A DNA stretch of 64,000 bases, from positions 3,296,001-3,360,000 of the forward strand of contig OZ244905.1 in assembly GCA_965221695.1 (NCBI GenBank). Direction: 5' to 3'. The position numbers and the translations under genes are program-made. The notes below the pieces were generated by a model, which was not told the origin of the DNA, made no database searches, and saw nothing but the letters and a program-made list of their open reading frames with translations. Below are positions 32,047 to 42,618 of the stretch, piece by piece. The stretch is from Gammaproteobacteria bacterium. Its GTDB lineage: Bacteria > Pseudomonadota > Gammaproteobacteria > Eutrophobiales > Eutrophobiaceae. Position 1 is the stretch's first letter. Every line of letters starts with the position of its first letter.

Positions 32047-33474
32047 TTAGATATGCAATGGCCGCTTATCCACTGCGAGCGCCGCTTCATGCATCGCTTC
32101 AGCGAGTGTCGGATGGGCGTGGATGGTACGGGCTATATCTTCGGCGCTACCGTCGAATTCCATGGCAAGCACGGCCTCGGCTATCAGCTCGGACGCGTTC
32201 GGCGACAGGATATGAATGCCGAGTATGCGGTCGGTATCGGCGTCGCTGAGCATTTTTATCATGCCGTCGGTATCGCCTGAGGCTTGCGCGCGGCCGCTGG
32301 CCGCGAGGGGAAAGACCCCCGCATTATATTTTATCCCGGCATTTTTCAACTCGTGTTCGGCGCTGCCGACCCAGGCGATTTCAGGCCAAGTGTAGATGAC
32401 CCATGGTACCAGTTCCAGGTTAATTTCGCTTTTATGGCCGGCGAGACGTTCGGCTACCATGACCCCTTCTTCAGCCGCCTTATGCGCCAGCATTGGCCCG
32501 CGCGTTACATCGCCGATTGCATAGACATTTGGCAAATTTGTGGCGCAATACTTGTCTACTTCAATGCATCCGTTGCTGGTCAGCGTCAGCCCCGCATCTT
32601 CGGCGCCCAGCCCCGCCACGTTGGGGGAGCGTCCGGTGGCTACTATCAGCTTGTCGAAAGTCAACTTTTGCTTGTTTTCGCCTTGCTCGTATGTGACGCT
32701 GACTGCGCGGTTGTTAACGCCCGTGCCGATCACACTGGAGCCAAGTTGTATATCAAGTCCCTGCTTGATAAGCAGCTTTTGCGCTGCCGCGGCAATATCC
32801 CGGTCTGCCGGCGCAAGAAATTCATCCAAAGCCTCCAGTATGGTGACCTGGGAACCCAATCTGCTCCAGACGCTACCCAGCTCCAGGCCGATTACCCCGG
32901 CGCCGATGATGCCGAGTTTCTTCGGCGCCTCCGTGAAGGAGAGCGCGCCGGTGGAATCGACAATTTTGGCGTTATCCAATGCGGCAACAGGCAGCTTGGT
33001 GGGGACGGAACCGGTGGCGATAACGATGTTTCCGGCGGAGACCTGGTAAGCCTTCGCCGTTTCCCCGTTTGCTGTCGGCGTTACTTCGACCTGGTTGTTG
33101 CCCAGGAGTTGCGCCTGCCCTTGCAGCCAGTCCACGCCGTTCTTCTTGAACAAGCCGGTTATCCCTCGGGTCAATTTCTGCACAACCTTGTCTTTCCGGC
33201 CCATCATTTTATGGATATCCATATTGATGCCGCTGACATTGATGCCGTGTTCTGCCGCTTCATGCTTGATGAAGGAATAATGATGGGATGAATCCAGCAG
33301 CGCCTTGGACGGGATACAACCTTTATTCAGACATACACCGCCCAGGGTAGGTTTGCCATTGCTGTTGAGTTCGCCGTCAATACAGGCTGTGGAAAATCCC
33401 AATTGCGCGCAGCGGATTGCGCAAATATAGCCGCCGGGACCGGCGCCGATAATTACTACGTCATAGTTTTTCAT
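32047..33474 (-). CDS. lpdA: Dihydrolipoyl dehydrogenase
   Basis: GAGPGGY, GGVCLNKGCIPSK, HAHPTLAE. Confidence 0.97.
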   Translation of the reverse strand: MKNYDVVIIGAGPGGYICAIRCAQLGFSTACIDGELNSNGKPTLGGVCLNKGCIPSKALLDSSHHYSFIKHEAAEHGINVSGINMDIHKMMGRKDKVVQKLTRGITGLFKKNGVDWLQGQAQLLGNNQVEVTPTANGETAKAYQVSAGNIVIATGSVPTKLPVAALDNAKIVDSTGALSFTEAPKKLGIIGAGVIGLELGSVWSRLGSQVTILEALDEFLAPADRDIAAAAQKLLIKQGLDIQLGSSVIGTGVNNRAVSVTYEQGENKQKLTFDKLIVATGRSPNVAGLGAEDAGLTLTSNGCIEVDKYCATNLPNVYAIGDVTRGPMLAHKAAEEGVMVAERLAGHKSEINLELVPWVIYTWPEIAWVGSAEHELKNAGIKYNAGVFPLAASGRAQASGDTDGMIKMLSDADTDRILGIHILSPNASELIAEAVLAMEFDGSAEDIARTIHAHPTLAEAMHEAALAVDKRPLHI

Positions 33475-33476
33475 GG

Positions 33477-34883
33477 TCAAATTTGTAGGAGCAGTCGTGA
33501 CGGGTCCTCCAGCGCTTCCTTGATCGCCACCAGGAACGATACAGCTTCCCGGCCATCAATAATGCGATGGTCATAAGACAATGCCAGGTACATCATGGGT
33601 CGAATCACTACAGCGCCATCTTCCGCTATCGGACGTTCTTCAATTTTGTGCATGCCCAGGATAGCGCTTTGCGGCGGATTGATGATTGGAGTGGATAACA
33701 GGGAACCGAATACGCCGCCGTTGGTGATGGTGAATGTTCCGCCGATCAACTCTTCCAGAGTGAGTTTCGCGTCCCGGGCTTTCTGGCCGTATGTGTTGAT
33801 GGTCTTTTCAATTTCGGCGAAGCTAAGCGTATCCGCCGCGCGCAGCACGGGCACGACCAGTCCGCGTGGCGCGCTAACAGCGATGCCTATGTCAAAATGA
33901 TCGTGATAGACGATATCGTCGCCGTCTACCGACGCGTTAATGATCGGGAATTTTTTCAGAGCTTCGACCGCGGCTTTGGTGAAAAAAGACATGAAACCCA
34001 GTTTGATCTTATGCGTTTTCTCAAAACTGTCCTTGTAACGATTGCGCAGATCCATGACCGGCTTCATGTCGACCTCATTGAACGTAGTCAGGATTGCGTT
34101 TTCCCGTTGCGCCGCCAGCAGGCGCTCTGCCGCGCGCCGGCGCAGACGGGTCATGGGCACGCGTTTTTCAGCGCCGCCGGCATTTGGCTTGTCGTCTGAT
34201 GTCGGCGTATCGTTGCCGGGTTTTTGCGCGCGCTCACGCGCTTCTTGCGCGCTTTCGGCGCGCTGTTTATCCTGATTCAATTTTTCCAGGTAATCCAGCA
34301 CATCTTTTTTGGTCAGCCTGTCTCCGCTTGCCGGTATGTCGTCGGCATCCAGCCCATGTTCGCCCAGCAGGTTTCTGACAGCAGGGCTTAACCTGGGTTT
34401 CTTTTTTTGAGGCGTTTGCTGTTGCTGTTCATCTGCGGGTTCTGTTGCGGTCAGTGTTGTTTCTCGCGGGTTTTGGGCCGCGTCTTCTACAGTTTGCGCC
34501 GCTGCCGCTACGCTTTGAGCGTCGTCTTCTGCGAGTTGCGCTGTTGTTGATGACTCTTGAACTTCGTCTTCAGTCGCGCTCGCGCTGTCAGGTGTAGTTG
34601 CAGTGGACTGCTTATCAGGCGTTGGCGTTGAAGCGGCGGCCTGAGCGTCGGTATCGATGTGCGCGATCAACTCGTTGCTAGCCACATCTGCGCCACTGTG
34701 TTTCAGGATTTTTACCAGCGTCCCGTCTTCCGGAGCCACCACCTCCAGGGTAACTTTATCCGTTTCCACATCAATCAGGGCGTCGCCAAATTTTACCGGG
34801 TCGCCCTGCTGTTTACGCCAGTCCATCAGCGTGGCTTCCGCGACGGATTCAGCCAGTATCGGCGCCCTGACTTCAACCAGCAC
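33477..34883 (-). CDS. sucB: 2-oxoglutarate dehydrogenase E2 (dihydrolipoyl succinyltransferase)
   Basis: Lipoyl [24 protein letters not shown]. Confidence 0.97.
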   Translation of the reverse strand: MLVEVRAPILAESVAEATLMDWRKQQGDPVKFGDALIDVETDKVTLEVVAPEDGTLVKILKHSGADVASNELIAHIDTDAQAAASTPTPDKQSTATTPDSASATEDEVQESSTTAQLAEDDAQSVAAAAQTVEDAAQNPRETTLTATEPADEQQQQTPQKKKPRLSPAVRNLLGEHGLDADDIPASGDRLTKKDVLDYLEKLNQDKQRAESAQEARERAQKPGNDTPTSDDKPNAGGAEKRVPMTRLRRRAAERLLAAQRENAILTTFNEVDMKPVMDLRNRYKDSFEKTHKIKLGFMSFFTKAAVEALKKFPIINASVDGDDIVYHDHFDIGIAVSAPRGLVVPVLRAADTLSFAEIEKTINTYGQKARDAKLTLEELIGGTFTITNGGVFGSLLSTPIINPPQSAILGMHKIEERPIAEDGAVVIRPMMYLALSYDHRIIDGREAVSFLVAIKEALEDPSRLLLQI

Positions 34884-34926
34884 AGTTTTCTCCGTTCACG
34901 ACATTGAATAAAACAGACATCATGAT

Positions 34927-37794
34927 TTATCTGATACCGCTTGTCTTTTGTTTATGGGTGGTCACTTCCAGTTTTTCCGGTTGTAAAGCGTCATCAATCA
35001 GCTTCTTCTGCTGCGCAAGGTGCAGGCTGAGAGAACCTACTGCAGGGGAGGCCGAATAAATACGTCCCGCATAACCGAATACATGTTGGGCGCTCAGGCA
35101 GCCTATCATGGTTCCCCGAGATTGCATGTAGTACCAGCCGCCCTGGTTTTTGGGTTCTTCCTGTACCCACACGACTTCATTGGCGTTCGGGTAGGAGTCA
35201 ATCAGGCGCTTCATTTCCTTTTGTGGAAACGGGAACAACTGCTCCAGACGAATAATGGCGACGTTATCGATCTCATTCACGCGCCTGGCCTCCAACAAAT
35301 CATAATATACCTTGCCACTGCAAATTAACAGGCGCGTGACTGCGTCCTTCTCTATATTATCGTCTATTTCATCGATTACAAGCTGGAAGCCGCCACGGGT
35401 AACTTTATCCAGGGTCGATGTGGAGAGCTTATGCCTGAGCAGGCTTTTCGGGCTCATCACGATCAGCGGCTTGCGATAAGGTCTGATGACCTGGCGCCGC
35501 AACAGGTGGAACATCTGCGCCGGGGTACTGGGTTGGCACACCTGCATATTTTCCCTGGCGCAAAGCTGTAAAAAACGCTCCAGCCGGGCAGATGAATGTT
35601 CCGGTCCCTGACCGTCGTAGCCGTGGGGCAGAAATACCGTGAGTCCGCAGAACCGTCCCCATTTCACTTCGCATGAACTGATGAACTGGTCAAAGACGAC
35701 TTGTGCGCCGTTCGCGAAATCACCAAACTGGGCCTCCCAGATCACCAGTGCGTTGGGCTCGGAACTGCTGTAACCGTAATCAAAAGCCAGCACAGCTTCT
35801 TCCGACAGGGTCGAGTTGATGGCCAGGAATGAAGGTTGTGTCTCGCTAAGATGCTGCAACGGCAGATAGGTGTCGCCGTCATCCTGGTTGTGGACCACGG
35901 CATGACGGTGGAAAAATGTTCCGCGCCCACTATCCTGGCCTGAAATACGCACCGGGAAACCGGCGTCGAGCAAGGTGGCGTAGGCCAGGGTTTCGGCATA
36001 GCCCCAGTCCATTTCCAACTCGCCGGCGCCCATCCTCTTGCGGTTTTCGATGATCTTCGCCACCGTCGGGTGCAGGCTGAAATGCGCCGGCACAGTAGTG
36101 AAGCGTTCCGTCAGGCGGGATACCAGCAGGGGACTGACTGCCGTTTCAACACGCATGTCCCAAAGGGTGTTTCTGAATGGCTCATAGTTGATCAGAAACC
36201 TGGAATCGGCATTGCTGGATCGGGCGCCGGCAACGCTTCGGTTGGATTCCAGCGCTTCGATGTAAGCGTCATGAATTTTACTGATCTCATCATGGGTCAG
36301 GAATTCTTCTTTCACAAGCCGGTCAGAGTGTACTTCCCTGATATTCTTGTGTTGCCTGATCTTCTGATACATGATCGGCTGGGTGGCAGCCGGCTCGTCC
36401 GCTTCGCTATGGCCGTGCCGGCGGTAGCAGACCATATCGATGACCACATCTTTCTTGAATTCCATACGAAAATCCAGCGCCAATTTCGCCACATACACGA
36501 CCGCGTCGGGATCGTCGCCATTGACGTGGAAGATCGGCGCCTGCACCATCTTGGCAACGTCCGTGCAATACAGAGTCGAGCGCGAATCCAATGGATCGCT
36601 GGTGGTAAAGCCAATCTGGTTATTGACTATGATATGAACAGTGCCGCCGGTGCTGTAACCACGGGTCTGGGACAGGTTGAAGGTTTCCATCACCACGCCC
36701 TGCCCGGCAAACGCGGCATCGCCATGGATGATTATCGGCAATACCTGGTTGCGGGATTTGTCATTGCGCCGGTCCTGGCGCGCGCGCACGGAGCCTTCCA
36801 CCACGGGATCGATAATTTCCAGGTGAGAGGGATTGAACGCCAGGGTTAAATGTATCGCGCCGCCGGGGGTCAGAATATCCGAAGAATAGCCCAGGTGGTA
36901 TTTGACATCGCCCGAACTGGTGGATTCGAAATCGAGCTCCTGCTGGCTGATGCCTTCGAATTCATCGAACAGTTCGCCGGGCAGCTTGCCGATGATGTTG
37001 ATCAGCACATTCAGCCGGCCGCGGTGGGCCATGCCGATGACAGCCTCGCGCACGCCGGCTTCGCCTCCTGACTGAACGAGTTCATCCAATAGCGGGATCA
37101 GGGCTTCGCCGCCTTCCAGCGAGAAACGTTTTTGCCCGACGTATTTCCGGTGCAGGTATTCTTCCAGCGCATTGGCGGCAATCACCCGTTCCAGTATGCG
37201 TGTCCTTTTTTCCCGCGAGAACCGGTGGTGGCCTTCGGATTCCTCCAGCCGGCGCTGGATCCAGCGTTTTTGCTCTGTTTCGTTGATGTGCATGTACTCG
37301 GCGCCTATCGTCCGGCAATACGTGCTTTTGACGATGTAGAAGATTTCAGCCAGAGTCAGCTCATCGGGCGCAAACAGTGAACCGGTATTGAAAACCCGGG
37401 TCAGGTCTTCCTCCGCGAAATGGTAATACGCGGGGTCCAGTTCCGGCACTTCCGGGCGCGCATATTGTTTCAGCGGATCCAGGTCCGCTTGCTGATGCCC
37501 GCGGAAACGGTGGGCATTGATCAACTGTAGTACCGAGGACTGCTTTTTGTTATCCGTATTGATGTTGGTTGCAGATTTTGGAGATGGTTTTTTGCCGCTA
37601 TCAACCGCGCGCGCCGGATTCTCAACTGGTACGCTGCCGCCACTATCGGACTGTGCGCTCTCTTGTTGCTGAGCAGCAAAATAATCGCGCCATGCAACGG
37701 ACACGCTGGCAGGATCTGCAAGATACCGCTCATAAAGTTCCTCGATAAACGCGGTATTGCCGCTGTAAAAATGCGTTGTATCAATATTACTCAT
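34927..37794 (-). CDS. sucA: 2-oxoglutarate dehydrogenase E1
   Basis: KRFSLEG, GMAHRGRLN, HGDAAFAGQG, WEAQFGDFAN. Confidence 0.98.
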   Translation of the reverse strand: MSNIDTTHFYSGNTAFIEELYERYLADPASVSVAWRDYFAAQQQESAQSDSGGSVPVENPARAVDSGKKPSPKSATNINTDNKKQSSVLQLINAHRFRGHQQADLDPLKQYARPEVPELDPAYYHFAEEDLTRVFNTGSLFAPDELTLAEIFYIVKSTYCRTIGAEYMHINETEQKRWIQRRLEESEGHHRFSREKRTRILERVIAANALEEYLHRKYVGQKRFSLEGGEALIPLLDELVQSGGEAGVREAVIGMAHRGRLNVLINIIGKLPGELFDEFEGISQQELDFESTSSGDVKYHLGYSSDILTPGGAIHLTLAFNPSHLEIIDPVVEGSVRARQDRRNDKSRNQVLPIIIHGDAAFAGQGVVMETFNLSQTRGYSTGGTVHIIVNNQIGFTTSDPLDSRSTLYCTDVAKMVQAPIFHVNGDDPDAVVYVAKLALDFRMEFKKDVVIDMVCYRRHGHSEADEPAATQPIMYQKIRQHKNIREVHSDRLVKEEFLTHDEISKIHDAYIEALESNRSVAGARSSNADSRFLINYEPFRNTLWDMRVETAVSPLLVSRLTERFTTVPAHFSLHPTVAKIIENRKRMGAGELEMDWGYAETLAYATLLDAGFPVRISGQDSGRGTFFHRHAVVHNQDDGDTYLPLQHLSETQPSFLAINSTLSEEAVLAFDYGYSSSEPNALVIWEAQFGDFANGAQVVFDQFISSCEVKWGRFCGLTVFLPHGYDGQGPEHSSARLERFLQLCARENMQVCQPSTPAQMFHLLRRQVIRPYRKPLIVMSPKSLLRHKLSTSTLDKVTRGGFQLVIDEIDDNIEKDAVTRLLICSGKVYYDLLEARRVNEIDNVAIIRLEQLFPFPQKEMKRLIDSYPNANEVVWVQEEPKNQGGWYYMQSRGTMIGCLSAQHVFGYAGRIYSASPAVGSLSLHLAQQKKLIDDALQPEKLEVTTHKQKTSGIR

Positions 37795-37967
37795 GGTTGC
37801 CCGAAAGTAGCGGATGATATACGTAGATCACCGTAACATGCCTAAGAAGGCTATTATAAGATATTTGCAGGCATTTGCTTGAATACTTGCGCATGGCCTG
37901 CCTTGCAGTCGCAGGCATTTCATAGTTGGCACACCGCGGCGCGGCAGGCATCTCACGCCTGGGACAG

Positions 37968-37995
37968 CCTGGGAGCGCGGGTGTTTCTTCCGCGT
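37968..37995. repeat. REP-like degenerate copy
   Basis: CCTGGGAGCGCGGGTGTTTCTTCCGCGT, related to the 5158 and 40625 copies. Confidence 0.45.
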
Positions 37996-38019
37996 GCGGG
38001 CTAAGCCCGCCATAACCGC

Positions 38020-39000
38020 TTAACCCAACAGGTGTCTGATCGCGTCTCTCTCACGCTCCAGTTCAGCCCGGGTTTCGTCCATCTTCATTCTGCTGAACTC
38101 GTTGATATCCAGCCCCCGGACTATCTCGTAACCACCGCCTGCACAGGAAACAGGAAAGGAATAGACGATGCCTTCCGGAATACCGTAACAACCGTCAGCC
38201 GCTACGGCCATACTGGTCCAGTCGTTATCGGGGGAGCCGAGCGCCCAGTCCCGGGCATGATCCAGGATTGCATTGGCCGCTGACGCGGCGCTGGATGCGC
38301 CCCTGGCCTTGATAATCTCGGCCCCGCGCTGCGCCACGCCGGGAATGAATTCATTTTCGTACCAGTTTTGCTCGACCCGATCCAGGGCCGCGTCGCCGTT
38401 TATCAGGGCATGATGCAGATCCGGGTATTGTGTGGTTGAGTGGTTGCCCCAGACCGTCAGTTTGCGGATCGCGCCAACTTGGCATTGAACCCGGGCCGCG
38501 AGCATTGCCAAAGCCCTGTTGTGATCCAGGCGCATCATTGCCATGAATTGGCGCGGCGCCAGGTCGGGCGCGTTTTTCATTGCGATCAAGGCGTTGGTAT
38601 TGGCCGGGTTGCCGATGGCGAGAACCTTGACGCCGCGCTGCGCATGCTCGTTCAGCGCTCTGCCCTGGGCGCTAAAGATTTCGGCGTTGCTCAACAGCAG
38701 ATCAGCGCGCTCCATGCCGGGGCCGCGCGGCCGCGCGCCGACCAGGAAGGCAAAATCCACATCCCTGAACGCGACATTGGCGTCAGCGCTGGCGGTCACC
38801 CCGGCCAGTGTCGTGAACGCGCAGTCGTTCAGCTCCATCATCACGCCTTCCAGCGCCGGCAGCGCCGATGGAATTTCGAGCAGTTGCAATATCACAGGCT
38901 GGTCCTTGCCCAACAACTCGCCGGCGGCAATTCGGAATAACAAGGCATAGCCGATCTGGCCGGCTGCGCCGGTCACGGCAACACGCACAGGAGATTTCAT
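38020..39000 (-). CDS. mdh: Malate dehydrogenase
   Basis: [34 protein letters not shown]. Confidence 0.97.
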   Translation of the reverse strand: MKSPVRVAVTGAAGQIGYALLFRIAAGELLGKDQPVILQLLEIPSALPALEGVMMELNDCAFTTLAGVTASADANVAFRDVDFAFLVGARPRGPGMERADLLLSNAEIFSAQGRALNEHAQRGVKVLAIGNPANTNALIAMKNAPDLAPRQFMAMMRLDHNRALAMLAARVQCQVGAIRKLTVWGNHSTTQYPDLHHALINGDAALDRVEQNWYENEFIPGVAQRGAEIIKARGASSAASAANAILDHARDWALGSPDNDWTSMAVAADGCYGIPEGIVYSFPVSCAGGGYEIVRGLDINEFSRMKMDETRAELERERDAIRHLLG

Positions 39001-39006
39001 GCCGGG

Positions 39007-40299
39007 TTAACCTCTCTCATCAATGGAAATATAATCACGAGTTTGCTGGCCGATATACAACTGTCTTGGACGGCTGATGCGAAAATCCTCGTCCTCCATT
39101 AACTCCATCCACTGGGCCACCCAGCCGGCGCTACGCGCCAGGGCAAACATAACGGTAAACATGGAAGTAGGGATACGCAGCGCCTGATAGATAAGCCCTG
39201 AGTAAAAGTCAACATTGGGATACAGCTTGCGTTCGATGAAATATTCATCCTCCAGCGCAATCCGTTCCAGTTTCATTGCGATTTCAAACAATTGCTGGTT
39301 GAGCTTTTCCTCCTCCAGCAAATCGTGGCAGGCTTTGCGGATGATTTTGGCCCTGGGATCATAATTCTTGTAGACGCGGTGCCCGAAACCCATCAGGCGG
39401 AACGAGTCATTCTTGTCTTTTGCTCGAGCCACGTATTTAGGCACGTTGGAGGGGCTGCCGATCTCCTCCAGCATTCTCACCACAGCTTCATTGGCGCCGC
39501 CGTGGGCCTTGCCCCATAAGGTGGTAATGCCCGCGGCAACACAGGCAAAAGGATTGGCTTCCGAACTGCCGGCAAGACGCACGGTCGAAGTGCTGGCATT
39601 CTGTTCATGGTCTGCATGCAGTATGAACAACAGGTCCAGCGCGCGCACGGCAGCGGCTGATGGCGTGTATTCCTCCGTCGGCCATGAGAATGTCATGTAC
39701 ATAAAATTTTCAACGTAACTGCGTGAATTATCGGGATAGACAAACGGTAGCCCCGATGCGTATCGATAGCACTTCGAGGCTACGTTAGGCATCTTGGCGA
39801 TAACGCGCCTGGCGGTTGTCAGGCGGTTCTCAGGGTCCCGGATGTCAGTCCGGTCATGATAATAGGACGCGATGGCGTTGGTCACGCCGGCCATGATAGA
39901 CATCGGATGCGCGTCATAACGGTAAGCAGAGTAAAACCTGGAAATGTGTTCATGGGTCATCATGTGCATTTTGATGGCATGTTCCCATTCATCCATCTGT
40001 TTCCGGGTTGGCAATTCACCGTGGACCAGCAGGTAGACAACTTCCAGGAAGGAACTTTTTTCCGCCAGTTGTTCTATCGGGTAGCCGCGATGCAACAGGA
40101 TGCCTTTCTCTCCATCCAGGTAAGTGACCGAGCTGCGGCAACTGGCCGTAGTAAGATAGCCCGGGTCGAAGGTGAACATGCCTAATTCCTTGTAGATGGA
40201 TGTGGTATCGATAACCGGAGGGCCGCAAGCGCCTTCCAATACCGGACATTCGATCTGCTTGCCGGTCCTGTTATCGATAATCGTCACCGTACTTGTCAT
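39007..40299 (-). CDS. gltA: Citrate synthase
   Basis: ILHADHEQNAST, HGGANE, GFGHRVYKNYDPR, YPNVDFYSG. Confidence 0.98.
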   Translation of the reverse strand: MTSTVTIIDNRTGKQIECPVLEGACGPPVIDTTSIYKELGMFTFDPGYLTTASCRSSVTYLDGEKGILLHRGYPIEQLAEKSSFLEVVYLLVHGELPTRKQMDEWEHAIKMHMMTHEHISRFYSAYRYDAHPMSIMAGVTNAIASYYHDRTDIRDPENRLTTARRVIAKMPNVASKCYRYASGLPFVYPDNSRSYVENFMYMTFSWPTEEYTPSAAAVRALDLLFILHADHEQNASTSTVRLAGSSEANPFACVAAGITTLWGKAHGGANEAVVRMLEEIGSPSNVPKYVARAKDKNDSFRLMGFGHRVYKNYDPRAKIIRKACHDLLEEEKLNQQLFEIAMKLERIALEDEYFIERKLYPNVDFYSGLIYQALRIPTSMFTVMFALARSAGWVAQWMELMEDEDFRISRPRQLYIGQQTRDYISIDERG

Positions 40300-40363
40300 G
40301 AAACCTTCTCCTCATTTCAGGGGATAATCTTATTATTATTGTTCGAGCCTATAGCCGGCTAAG

Positions 40364-40514
40364 GGAAACTCTGATTAAGTCAGAGTTTCCTGCGATACAA
40401 GGATGTATCGCCAAATTCAATGATGATAAGTCATTGAATTTGAGAGCAAAACAAAAATCGCATTTTTGTTTTGCGTGCTCTGACAAGTTCAGGATGGACT
40501 TGTTCAGAGCTTCC
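40364..40514. mobile_element. MITE (hairpin-array family), full-length copy 2
   Basis: GGAAACTCTGA...TCAGAGCTTCC flanked by a TAAG duplication (40360-40363, 40515-40518). Confidence 0.85.
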
Positions 40515-40624
40515 TAAGATACACGGATGTGCCGCTCTGAACAAGTCCGGCCCCCGCACGCGGGCTGTCTACAGGCTGTCCGGCAGTCTGTGGGAGGACG
40601 CGCCAGTCCGCTATAGCAAGCCTA

Positions 40625-40701
40625 CCGGGAGCAGGGCGGTCTCGCCGGTGTCAGGCTGGCGGGTTGGAGTCCACATGCGAGCGAGACTCCAGCGCTCCCG
40701 G
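40625..40701. repeat. Inverted REP-like doublet
   Basis: CCGGGAGCAGGGCGGTCTCGCC ... GCGAGCGAGACTCCAGCGCTCCCGG. Confidence 0.55.
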
Positions 40702-40818
40702 GGGAAACGTTATAACAAAAGTATGTGTTTGCCATGCTGGCGCAGTGGGCATAAAATTCGCGCCGCTTGCCGTTCGCAGTCATCTATGCTAGAAATAACC
40801 TTTTCTCCGGTATAATTT

Positions 40819-41319
40819 ATGAGAACGGATCGATCAGGTTCGACAATAGACGCAGATGGTTTTCGCGCTAACGTGGCGATCGTTTTGTTTAACGATGAGC
40901 AGCGCGTTTTCTGGGCAAAACGGGTTGGAATGGATGCTTGGCAGTTTCCCCAAGGCGGCATAAAACAGGATGAAACGGTTGAGGCAGCCATGTACAGGGA
41001 ACTGTACGAGGAAGTCGGGTTGTTGCCGGAACATGTGGAAGTAGTAGGTGTCAGTCGCAACTGGTTGCGTTACAAGCTGCCCAAGAGATACATCAGGCGT
41101 CACTCGACGCCGCGCTGCATCGGCCAGAAACAACGCTGGTACCTGCTCAAACTCACCGGTGACGAAAGCAATGTCAATCTGGCCTTAAGCCGGCATCCGG
41201 AATTTGACCACTGGCGTTGGGTGGACTTTTACGAGCCTGCCAAAAACGTCGTGTTCTTCAAACGGGAGGTCTACCGGCGCGCGCTGGCTGAACTGAAGCC
41301 GCTGATGAAGCTTTTCTGA
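40819..41319 (+). CDS. rppH: RNA pyrophosphohydrolase
   Basis: [17 protein letters not shown], Nudix [22 protein letters not shown]. Confidence 0.97.
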   Translation: MRTDRSGSTIDADGFRANVAIVLFNDEQRVFWAKRVGMDAWQFPQGGIKQDETVEAAMYRELYEEVGLLPEHVEVVGVSRNWLRYKLPKRYIRRHSTPRCIGQKQRWYLLKLTGDESNVNLALSRHPEFDHWRWVDFYEPAKNVVFFKREVYRRALAELKPLMKLF

Positions 41320-41471
41320 ACAAACTCTGACTCTGTCCCTGGCTGCCAACTTCAGACTATTTCTTCGACTGGCGAACAGATGGTCGCCCGCCATCAGAGT
41401 TTTTGAGCGCTCTCACAAGCCTTTGATGGTCAGTTCAGAGCTTCTCTAATCAAATGACGGAGATTACCGGG

Positions 41472-41852
41472 TCACGGAGCCTGATTTGACTTCTCCATCA
41501 TCAGCAGTGGCAGCAGACGCCGGATAGCCCGGTTCTTCATCCTGGTAATCGCTCCCATATAGAAACCCGGGTTGACCTCGTTCTCGTTCAACCTGGCTTG
41601 CAAATCGGTCAGGAGCGGCTCGCAGGCTTGAACGGCATTGCCTGCCACCACGCGCACATCCGGACTGGATGTCACATTCTCTCTTGCATCCTGTTGCAAG
41701 CAGGCCGTGTAGTTCAGGTTGGTCTCCGCCATCAATTTCATTTCTGCGCTGCTAAATGAATTTCTGAGCGGGGCTTCTGCAGACGCGCCGACGCCGAACA
41801 TGCACAGAACCATCGTCAGGCAGAGCAAAGAGTAGAGAACCCTCAGTCTCAA
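41472..41852 (-). CDS. Hypothetical exported protein
   Basis: Signal-peptide-like N-terminus ending GASA-EA; Cys pair in the mature part; TTG start uncertain. Confidence 0.6.
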   Translation of the reverse strand: MRLRVLYSLLCLTMVLCMFGVGASAEAPLRNSFSSAEMKLMAETNLNYTACLQQDARENVTSSPDVRVVAGNAVQACEPLLTDLQARLNENEVNPGFYMGAITRMKNRAIRRLLPLLMMEKSNQAP

Positions 41853-41952
41853 AGTGGCGTCGCCTATCCCAGGAGAGTCATGCGGGAGGGCAGGCTTACA
41901 ATTCGTCTGCGCCAGCCCGTATTTGTCAATAGTCAGGGCTGATAGCGCCGGC

Positions 41953-42429
41953 TTATCCATGATTTTCCAACAGGCTGCGCAGCATCCAGGCATTTTTCTC
42001 ATGGATCTGCATACGTTGCGTCAGCAGGTCTGCGGAAGGCTCATCATTGGCGCTCTCCACGACGGGAAAAATGCTCCTGGCGGTTTTCACGACAGCTTCC
42101 TGGCCCTGTACCAGTTGCTTGATCATCTCCTCGGCGCCGGGCACGCCGGTTTCTTCCGGGATGGAAGACAACTCACTGAATTGCCGGTATGAACCGGGCG
42201 CGGCTATGCCCAGCGCCCTGATGCGCTCTGCGATCTCATCCACCGCCGTTGCCAACTCCGTATAGTGCTGTTCAAACAGGGTATGCAAGGTGGTGAACAT
42301 CGGCCCGGTCACGTTCCAATGGAAATTATGTGTCTTGAGATACAGCGTGTAGCTGTCGGCAAGCAGCCTGGACAAGCCTTCAGCTATCTGTTGTCGTTGC
42401 TGTTCTGAAATACCAATATCGATTTGCAT
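41953..42429 (-). CDS. dps: Dps family DNA-protection protein
   Basis: KTHNFHWNVTG, LHTLFE, DEIAERIRALG, HEKNAWMLRS; AGGAGG SD. Confidence 0.96.
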   Translation of the reverse strand: MQIDIGISEQQRQQIAEGLSRLLADSYTLYLKTHNFHWNVTGPMFTTLHTLFEQHYTELATAVDEIAERIRALGIAAPGSYRQFSELSSIPEETGVPGAEEMIKQLVQGQEAVVKTARSIFPVVESANDEPSADLLTQRMQIHEKNAWMLRSLLENHG

Positions 42430-42516
42430 GTTAGCCTCCTGTCGGTTCAATTATTCATGTAAAACAGCTTAACGCAATATCCATCATTAATATATTTTAA
42501 TTATTTAATTGTAATG

Positions 42517-42563
42517 ATAGTTAAATTATATGAAACTAATTCTATGTGATCGGTTTTTCCGAT
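42517..42563. promoter_or_regulatory. Possible OxyR/LysR-type operator upstream of dps
   Basis: ATAG-N7-ATAT and ATCG-N7-CGAT within an AT-rich divergent promoter region. Confidence 0.35.
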
Positions 42564-42618
42564 AAACTATTTTCATGTGTAGGCACGCCGGGAATACTAC
42601 CACAGCCGCTAAAGTGCT

